Positions 56,203 to 64,000 of a DNA stretch of 64,000 bases are shown here, in pieces (the first letter of the stretch is position 1; every line of letters starts with the position of its first letter). Source of the DNA: Actinomycetota bacterium (GTDB lineage Bacteria; Actinomycetota; Acidimicrobiia; Acidimicrobiales; JAJPHE01); contig JAJPHE010000126.1 of NCBI GenBank assembly GCA_021325435.1, forward strand, positions 27,791 through 91,790, read 5' to 3'. The notes under the pieces are model-generated. The model saw nothing but the letters and a program-made list of their open reading frames with translations. It was not told the origin of the DNA and made no database searches. The position numbers and the translations under genes are program-made.

Positions 56203-59200
56203 CTACAGGCCGGCCAGAGCGCGGTTCAGGAGGTCGTCGCTCTCGAGCTGGTGGATGGCGGTACTGCCGGTCGCCGGGCTGGCGGCCTCGCCCCGGCTGA
56301 CGTGGGTGAGGGCGAAGCGGTCGCGCAGGAGCCGGTGCAGGCGCCCGTGGACGAAGGACCAGGCGCCCATGTTCTCCGGTTCCTCCTGCACCCAGTAGAC
56401 GTCCTTGGCATTCGGGTAGCGGTCGAGGGCTGCAGCCACTTCCGCTTCCGGCCAGGGATACAGCTGCTCCACCCGCACCACCGCCGCCTTGCCACCTGTT
56501 GCGTCGCGCCGGGCCATTACGTCGTAGGCGACCTTTCCCGAGCACAGGATGACCCGCTCGACCGCCTCGGGGTCGGGCACGTCCCTGTCGTCCAGGACCA
56601 TGGAGAAGCAGCCGTCGGTCAGATCGGCGATCGGCGAGCGCGACGCCCGGGCCCGGAGGAGTGACTTCGGGGTCATGACCACCAGCGGCACCTTCACCGG
56701 TCGGCGAGCCTGGGACCGCAGCAGGTGGAAGTACTGGGCCGACGTCGTGCAGTTCGCCACCGAGATGTTGCCCCCCGCCGCCAGGGTCAGGAACCTCTCG
56801 AGCCGGGCCGAGGAGTGCTCCGGGCCCTGCCCCTCGTAGCCGTGGGGCAGGAGCAGGACCAGACCCGAGCTCTGGCCCCACTTGTCCTCGGCCGCCACGA
56901 TGAACTGGTCGATCACGACCTGAGCACCGTTGACGAAGTCCCCGAACTGCGCCTCCCAGGCCACCAAGGCGTCCCTGTGCACCACCGAGTACCCGTACTC
57001 GAACCCGGCCGCGGCGTACTCCGACAACAGCGAGTCGTAGATGAAGAAGCGTCCCCGCTGGCCGTCGGGCCCCGACAACACGGCGAGGGGCACCCGCTCC
57101 TCGCCGGTGTGGTAGTCCACGAGCACGGCATGGCGCTGGCTGAAGGTTCCCCGGCGGGTGTCCTGTCCGGACAGCCGGACGTCGGTGCCTTCCATCAGCA
57201 GGGACCCGAAGGCCATCGACTCGGCGAGGGCCCAGTCCACCTCCCCCGCCGCGTACAGATCAGCGTGGGCCTTGAGCTGTCGCTCCAGCTTCGGGTGCAC
57301 GGTGAAGCCACGGGACGGCCGCACCACCGCCTCGGCTACCAAGTCGAGCACCGAGCGGGCGACCCTCGTCTCCACCGGCGGCAACGGACGGGGATCGCGC
57401 ACGACCACGGGCAGGCTCGTGGGCCGGGGCGGAGCCGAGGATCTGGTCTCATCCAGGGCCACCTGCAGACGCTGGGAGAAGTCCTCCAGCGCCTTCTCCG
57501 CCTCTTCGAGGGTGATGTCACCCCGCCTGACCAGGGCCTCGGTGTACAGCTTGCGGACCGAGCGGTGCCGATCGATCCTCTCGTACATCTGGGGCTGGGT
57601 GTAGCTCGGCTCGTCGCCTTCATTGTGGCCGTACCGGCGGTAGCAGACCATGTCGATGACGACGTCTTTGTAGAAGGTCTGGCGAAACTTCATGGCCAGC
57701 CGGGCCACCCTGACGCAGGCCTCGGGGTCGTCACCGTTCACGTGGAAGATGGGGGCCTGGACCATCTTGGCCACGTCGGTCGCGTACACCGACGAGCGGG
57801 CGGACTCGGGCGAGGTGGTGAAGCCCAGCTGGTTGTTGATCACCAGGTGGATGGTCCCGCCGGTGCGGTAGCCGCGCAGCTGCGAGAGGTTGAAGGTCTC
57901 GGCCACCACCCCCTGGCCGGCAAAGGCAGCGTCCCCGTGGATGAGGAGGGACAGCACCGGAAAGCGACCGGGGCTGTCGAGCAGGTCCTGCTTGGCCCTG
58001 GTCATGCCCTCCACCACCGGGTCGACCGCTTCGAGGTGGGACGGGTTCGACGCAAGGGTCACCGGTATCTCCACGCCGGTCAGGCCGACGAACTTGCCGC
58101 TGGCCCCCTTGTGGTACTTCACGTCGCCGGAGCCCTGGACGGTGTTGGGGTCGATGTCGCCTTCGAACTCGCGGAACAGCTCCTCGTACGACTTTCCCAC
58201 GATGTTGGCCAGGACGTTCAGCCGTCCCCGGTGGGCCATGCCCATCACCGCTTCGGACAGCCCGGCCCGGGCCGCCTCGTCGAGGGCGGCGTCGATGAGG
58301 GCGATGGCCGACTCGCCGCCTTCGAGCCCGAAGCGCTTCTGTCCCACATACTTGGTGTGCAGGAACCGCTCGAAGGCCTCCGCCGCGTTGAGCCGGAACA
58401 GAATGTGGCGCTGCTCCTCGGCAGACAGGTTGGCGGGCACCCCTTCGACGTGCTCCTGGATCCAGCGCTTCTGGTCGGGATCCTGGATGTGCATGTACTC
58501 GACGCCGACGGTGCGGCAGTAGGCGTCACGCAGGATGCCGAGGATGTCCCCGAGGGTCATCGTCTCGCGCCCCGCCAACCCGTCGGTCAGGAACTCGCGC
58601 TCGAGGTCCCAGAGCGTCAGACCGTACGTGGCCGGATCGAGCTCGGGGTGCATGCGGGGCTCGTGGATCGCCAGGGGGTCGAGGTCGGCGATCAGATGGC
58701 CCCGCACCCGGTACATGTTGATGATCGTCTGTACGTGCACCTGCTTCTCGAGGCGGGTGCCGTCGTGATCGACAGGGTTGACGTCGGGCCGCCACCGGAC
58801 CGGCTCGTAGGGGACACCTACGGAGCGGAAGATGTCGTCATAGAAGCCGTGCTCGCCCAGCAGCAGAGCGTGGACGCGGGCGAGGAACTCACCGGACTCG
58901 GCGCCCTGGATGATGCGGTGGTCGTAGGTGGAGGTGAGGGTTACGACCTTGCCGACTCCGAGCTCGGCGAGCATCCGCCGGTCGGCCGCCTGGTAGGCGG
59001 CCGGATGCTCGATCGCCCCCACTCCGACGATGACTCCTTGGCCCGGCATCAGCCGGGGAACCGAGTGGACAGTGCCGATCGTCCCCGGGTTGGTGATGCT
59101 GAGGGTGGCTCCCGACAGGTCGTCGGCGCTGACCTTGTTATTGCGGACCTTGCGGATCAGGTCCTCATAGGCCAGCCAGAAGGCCCGGAAAGCCAGGGTG

Positions 59201-59901
59201 TCGGCGTTCTTGATCACCGGCACGAGCAGCGTCCGGCTGCCGTCGGGCCGGGTGTGGTCGACGGCGATGCCGAGGGCGGCGTGGTGGTGGCGCACGACGC
59301 CGGGAGTGCCCTTCTCATCTATCGACTCGATGAACTGCGAGTTCATGGCGGGCACGTGGGCGAGTGCCTTCACCACCGCGTAGGCGATCAGGTGGGTGAA
59401 GCTGACCTTGCCTCCCCGCCCGCGAGCCAGGTGATTGTTGATGATCTTTCGATTCACCTCGAGGAGACGGGCGGGCACCTCGCGCACGCTGGTGGCCGTG
59501 GGCACCTCGAGACTCGCCCGCATGTTGGCCGCCACCCTCGCCGCCGCGCCCCGAAGCGGCTCAGGCCGGTCCTGATCCTCCTCGGCCGGACCCTCCTCTG
59601 CCGCCTCCTGCTCGGCAACCCCCTTGGCGCCCTGGTCACCAGCCGGCTCCGCCACCCGGTCTGCGGCGGCCGGGGCCGGCGCCGGCGCGCCATTGGTCGA
59701 CGGGGTGGCGATGGGGCCGATGCCGTCACCCTCGGCCACGGGCGGCTGCGCCTCGGACGGCTCGTCGCCCCGCCGATAGTCGGCGAAGAACTCGCGCCAG
59801 CTCTCGCTGACCGACGAGGGGTCCTGCCGGTACCGCTCGTACATCTCGTCGACAAGCCAGGCGTTCGGGCCGAAGGCGGCGCTGGTCACTTCCTCTGGCA
59901 T
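56203..59901 (-). CDS. kgd: Multifunctional 2-oxoglutarate decarboxylase/dehydrogenase (E2-E1 fusion)
   Basis: FGPNAWLVDEMY, YDHRIIQGAE, GMAHRGRLN, HGDAAFAGQG, WEAQFGDF. Confidence 0.96.
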   Translation of the reverse strand: MPEEVTSAAFGPNAWLVDEMYERYRQDPSSVSESWREFFADYRRGDEPSEAQPPVAEGDGIGPIATPSTNGAPAPAPAAADRVAEPAGDQGAKGVAEQEAAEEGPAEEDQDRPEPLRGAAARVAANMRASLEVPTATSVREVPARLLEVNRKIINNHLARGRGGKVSFTHLIAYAVVKALAHVPAMNSQFIESIDEKGTPGVVRHHHAALGIAVDHTRPDGSRTLLVPVIKNADTLAFRAFWLAYEDLIRKVRNNKVSADDLSGATLSITNPGTIGTVHSVPRLMPGQGVIVGVGAIEHPAAYQAADRRMLAELGVGKVVTLTSTYDHRIIQGAESGEFLARVHALLLGEHGFYDDIFRSVGVPYEPVRWRPDVNPVDHDGTRLEKQVHVQTIINMYRVRGHLIADLDPLAIHEPRMHPELDPATYGLTLWDLEREFLTDGLAGRETMTLGDILGILRDAYCRTVGVEYMHIQDPDQKRWIQEHVEGVPANLSAEEQRHILFRLNAAEAFERFLHTKYVGQKRFGLEGGESAIALIDAALDEAARAGLSEAVMGMAHRGRLNVLANIVGKSYEELFREFEGDIDPNTVQGSGDVKYHKGASGKFVGLTGVEIPVTLASNPSHLEAVDPVVEGMTRAKQDLLDSPGRFPVLSLLIHGDAAFAGQGVVAETFNLSQLRGYRTGGTIHLVINNQLGFTTSPESARSSVYATDVAKMVQAPIFHVNGDDPEACVRVARLAMKFRQTFYKDVVIDMVCYRRYGHNEGDEPSYTQPQMYERIDRHRSVRKLYTEALVRRGDITLEEAEKALEDFSQRLQVALDETRSSAPPRPTSLPVVVRDPRPLPPVETRVARSVLDLVAEAVVRPSRGFTVHPKLERQLKAHADLYAAGEVDWALAESMAFGSLLMEGTDVRLSGQDTRRGTFSQRHAVLVDYHTGEERVPLAVLSGPDGQRGRFFIYDSLLSEYAAAGFEYGYSVVHRDALVAWEAQFGDFVNGAQVVIDQFIVAAEDKWGQSSGLVLLLPHGYEGQGPEHSSARLERFLTLAAGGNISVANCTTSAQYFHLLRSQARRPVKVPLVVMTPKSLLRARASRSPIADLTDGCFSMVLDDRDVPDPEAVERVILCSGKVAYDVMARRDATGGKAAVVRVEQLYPWPEAEVAAALDRYPNAKDVYWVQEEPENMGAWSFVHGRLHRLLRDRFALTHVSRGEAASPATGSTAIHQLESDDLLNRALAGL

Positions 59902-59964
59902 CGGTGACTCGATCCTAACGACTCGGAGGTCCCTTGCGTCCCGGTAGGCGATACCTTCCGGTGG

Positions 59965-61644
<1,680 letters not shown>

Positions 61645-61660
61645 GCCCGGGACGCGCAAA

Positions 61661-61702
61661 CGCCGGGGGCGGGTGCACGGCGGACGCACCCGTTCCCCGG
61701 CG
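61661..61702 (+). terminator. Long GC-rich hairpin after ettA
   Basis: CGCCGGGGGCGGGTGC ... GCACCCGTTCCCCGGCG; short U tail, as is common in actinobacteria. Confidence 0.6.
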
Positions 61703-61791
61703 CTTCGAAACAATCACAGCTTTCGGTCCGGTCGTCAATGCCAGTCAGTGCCAGTTGTCCGCATATGTCCCGCGAAGTGGCCCAAAAAGGC

Positions 61792-61818
61792 TCAGATCGC
61801 CTCGCGCCCGGCCGACAC
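61792..61818 (+). promoter_or_regulatory. Sigma28/WhiG-like promoter
   Basis: TCAG-N15-GCCGACAC, GTG 7 nt downstream. Confidence 0.45.
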
Positions 61819-61825
61819 CCACTAC

Positions 61826-62050
61826 GTGGCCAATGCCGTGACCAACCGAAGCCGTGCGGTCGTCCGCACCATCGAGCCGGGCAACACCGCTGCCTGCGCC
61901 CACTGCGGCGCCGCCGTGAAGTTCGTGGCCCGCTCCCAGCTCAAGCAGGTGATCGCCAACGTCTACGTGGGCGGCACCTGGGACCGGGTGGAGCACTTCC
62001 ACGAGGCCTGCTACTTCGAGGCCGGGGAACCGCACGGCCCCGCCGCCTAA
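61826..62050 (+). CDS. Small putative Zn-binding protein (CxxC...HxxC)
   Basis: CAHC...VKF...QVIANVY...WDRVEHFHEACY. Confidence 0.7.
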   Translation: MANAVTNRSRAVVRTIEPGNTAACAHCGAAVKFVARSQLKQVIANVYVGGTWDRVEHFHEACYFEAGEPHGPAA

Positions 62051-62086
62051 CCGGTCGGGGTCTCCTCGCCAATTAGGCTCGCCCCC

Positions 62087-62437
62087 GTGCGAGCCCGGGT
62101 AACCAGGGCCTTCAGCTTCGAGGCCGCCCACCACCTGCCATGGCACCCCGGGCGTTGCCGGCGGCTGCACGGCCACCACTACCGCCTCGAGGTGACCGTC
62201 GAGGGCCCCGTCGGGCCGGACGGGATGGTCGTGGACTTCGACCGAATCAAGCAGGTCGTGGAGCGTGACGTGGTCGACCGTTTCGACCACCGCCTGCTCA
62301 ACGACTTCATCGACAACCCCACCGCCGAGCTGGTGGCGGCGGAGGTCTGGAAGATGGTGGAGGCCGGCGGCCTGACCGTGGCCGGCATCCGCCTGTGGGA
62401 GACGCCCGATTCGTGGGTTGAGCTCCTGCCGGGGTGA
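62087..62437 (+). CDS. queD: 6-carboxytetrahydropterin synthase
   Basis: FEAAH, CRRLHGH, DHRLLN, NPTAE, LWET. Confidence 0.93.
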   Translation: MRARVTRAFSFEAAHHLPWHPGRCRRLHGHHYRLEVTVEGPVGPDGMVVDFDRIKQVVERDVVDRFDHRLLNDFIDNPTAELVAAEVWKMVEAGGLTVAGIRLWETPDSWVELLPG

Positions 62438-63120
62438 ACCCCCGGAGCGCCGATCTCGTCATCCTGTCCGGTGGGCTGGACTCCACCGTCTGCCTCGCCC
62501 TGGCGGCCCGGGACGCCCGAACCCCTCCCCTCACCGTCACCTTCGACTACGGCCAGCGCCACCGGCGCGAGCTGGACTCCGCCGCCTCCGTGGCCCGCTG
62601 GTACGGCGCGGAGAACTTGGTCGTCGAGCTCGACGCGTCGAAGTGGGGTGGCTCCGCGCTCACCGACCCGAGCGTCGAGGTGCCGAGCACCGGCCCGTCC
62701 GACGGGATACCGGCCACCTACGTGCCCGCCCGCAACATCATCTTCCTCGCCGTGGCTCTCGGCATCGCCGAAGCCCGCCAGGCCGATGCCGTTCACATCG
62801 GGGTGAACGCCGTCGACTACAGCGGGTACCCGGACTGCCGACCCGAGTTCATCGAGGCCTTCCGCCTGGTGGCGGCGGTGGGACAGAAGCGCGGGGTCGA
62901 AGGGCGGCCGGTCGAGGTCGTGGCCCCGCTCATCGAGGCGTCCAAGGCCGACATCGTCCGCCAGGGCGTGGAGCTCGGCGCCCCGCTCGAGTTGACGTGG
63001 TCCTGCTATCTGCCGGGGCCTCGGCCCTGCGGCACCTGTGACGCCTGCCGGCTCCGGGCGGCGGGCTTTGCCGCGGCCGGGGTGGACGACCCGGCCCTGG
63101 CTGGGGCGGATGACCGGTGA
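62434..63120 (+). CDS. queC: 7-cyano-7-deazaguanine synthase
   Basis: SGGLDS, YGQRH, YVPARN, YPDCRP, TWSCY...CGTCDAC. Confidence 0.95.
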   Translation: MNPRSADLVILSGGLDSTVCLALAARDARTPPLTVTFDYGQRHRRELDSAASVARWYGAENLVVELDASKWGGSALTDPSVEVPSTGPSDGIPATYVPARNIIFLAVALGIAEARQADAVHIGVNAVDYSGYPDCRPEFIEAFRLVAAVGQKRGVEGRPVEVVAPLIEASKADIVRQGVELGAPLELTWSCYLPGPRPCGTCDACRLRAAGFAAAGVDDPALAGADDR

Positions 63121-63866
63121 GCCGGTCCCTCCTCGTCAGCGAGGTGTTCTCCGCCATCCAGGGGGAGGGGGCCAACGTGGGCCGCCGGCAGGTGTTCCTG
63201 CGCCTCGCCGGCTGCAACATCCGGTGCGACTACTGCGACCAGCCCGAGGCCCTCGAGCTGGCGCCGGGGCCGTGCCGGGTCGAGCGCACCGCCGGGCGGC
63301 GCGACTGGGAGCAGCGGTCGAGCCCCCTGGCGGTGGACGAGGTGGCAGAGGCGGTGACCCGACTGTGGGGGCAGCTGCCCCACCATGCGGTGAGTCTCAC
63401 CGGCGGGGAACCGCTCATGCAGGCCGGCCGGCTGACCCAGCTGCTCCCCCTGCTCGCTGACCTGCCCGTCTGCCTGGAGACGAACGGCACGCTGCCGGCC
63501 GGGCTGGCACAGGTGATCGAGTGGGTCGACGAGGTGAGCATGGACCTGAAGCTGCCGAGCGTGGACGGAGAACGGGTCCGGCCATCGATCCAGCGCCGCT
63601 TCCTCGAGCTGGCCGCCACCCGTCCCACGACGGTGAAGATCGTGGTCGGCGCGGGCACCGACGACCGCCAGCTCGAGCAGGCGACAACCATGGTCGCCGA
63701 GGTCGCCCCCCGGTCGACCGTGTACCTCCAGCCGGTGACCCCGTTCGGCGCTGTGACCGCCGGTCCGACCCCCGAGCAGGTGCTGGGCTGGCAGGAGCTG
63801 TGCCTGGCCCGCCACGGCGACGTCCGAGTGGTCCCGCAGACCCACAAGCTCATCGGCCAGCTCTGA
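63117..63866 (+). CDS. queE: 7-carboxy-7-deazaguanine synthase (radical SAM)
   Basis: IQGEG, CNIRCDYCD, TGGEP, ETNG, PQTHK. Confidence 0.94.
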   Translation: MSRSLLVSEVFSAIQGEGANVGRRQVFLRLAGCNIRCDYCDQPEALELAPGPCRVERTAGRRDWEQRSSPLAVDEVAEAVTRLWGQLPHHAVSLTGGEPLMQAGRLTQLLPLLADLPVCLETNGTLPAGLAQVIEWVDEVSMDLKLPSVDGERVRPSIQRRFLELAATRPTTVKIVVGAGTDDRQLEQATTMVAEVAPRSTVYLQPVTPFGAVTAGPTPEQVLGWQELCLARHGDVRVVPQTHKLIGQL

Positions 63867-63909
63867 GGGCGCTTCGCCGGGGCCGGCGGGTGGGCGCGAG
63901 CATGAGCGC

Positions 63910-64000
63910 ATGAAGGTGGTGGTGACCGGCTCCCACGGGTTGATCGGCTCCGCCGTGGTGGCCCGTCTGCGGGCCGACGACCACGATGTGGTCCGGCTCG
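63910..64000 (+). CDS. NAD-dependent epimerase (TIGR01777-like), 5' fragment
   Basis: MKVVVTGSHGLIGSAVV Rossmann motif; runs off the window. Confidence 0.75.
   Translation, partial: MKVVVTGSHGLIGSAVVARLRADDHDVVRL

Noticed and set aside
61645-61790. preQ1 or c-di-GMP-I riboswitch upstream of the que genes
   Set aside because: Only a GCAAA fragment and a simple hairpin; aptamer cores not found, and queD appears leaderless

Overview
High-GC (about 70% or more by eye) actinobacterial chromosome segment. Gene content (DUF2469, SepIVA-like, Kgd, UvrD2 and WhiG, together with plsX/acpP) suggests class Acidimicrobiia; this is an inference. Mostly core genes: whiG-xerC-dprA-comM, the rpsP-rimM-trmD-rplS-lepB block, ffh-ftsY-smc-mutM-rnc-acpP-plsX-rpmF, coaD-rsmD, recG-DAK2-rpmB-thiL-pckG, GH1-galT-galK, an atypical hydrolase-murF-ddl-ACT-def operon, uvrD2, xth, kgd, ettA and queDCE. 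A roughly 7 kb accessory block separates rsmD from recG. No rRNA, tRNA, CRISPR array or transposase was seen. Best signals the ORF track does not show or explain: (1) an FrnE/DsbA-family gene with an in-frame TGA at the catalytic position (DYL-U-PWC) followed by a SECIS-like hairpin, a probable selenoprotein; (2) a Regnase-like NYN RNase fused to S1, an Arg-rich tract and a histone-H1-like tail; (3) a candidate ~190-nt three-domain ncRNA with its own sigmaA-type promoter upstream of uvrD2; (4) PafBC/RecA-NDp-type promoters before comM-dprA and uvrD2, a sigma28-like promoter before a small Zn-binding gene, and repeated operator-like motifs. All calls were made by eye from the sequence; no database searches were run.
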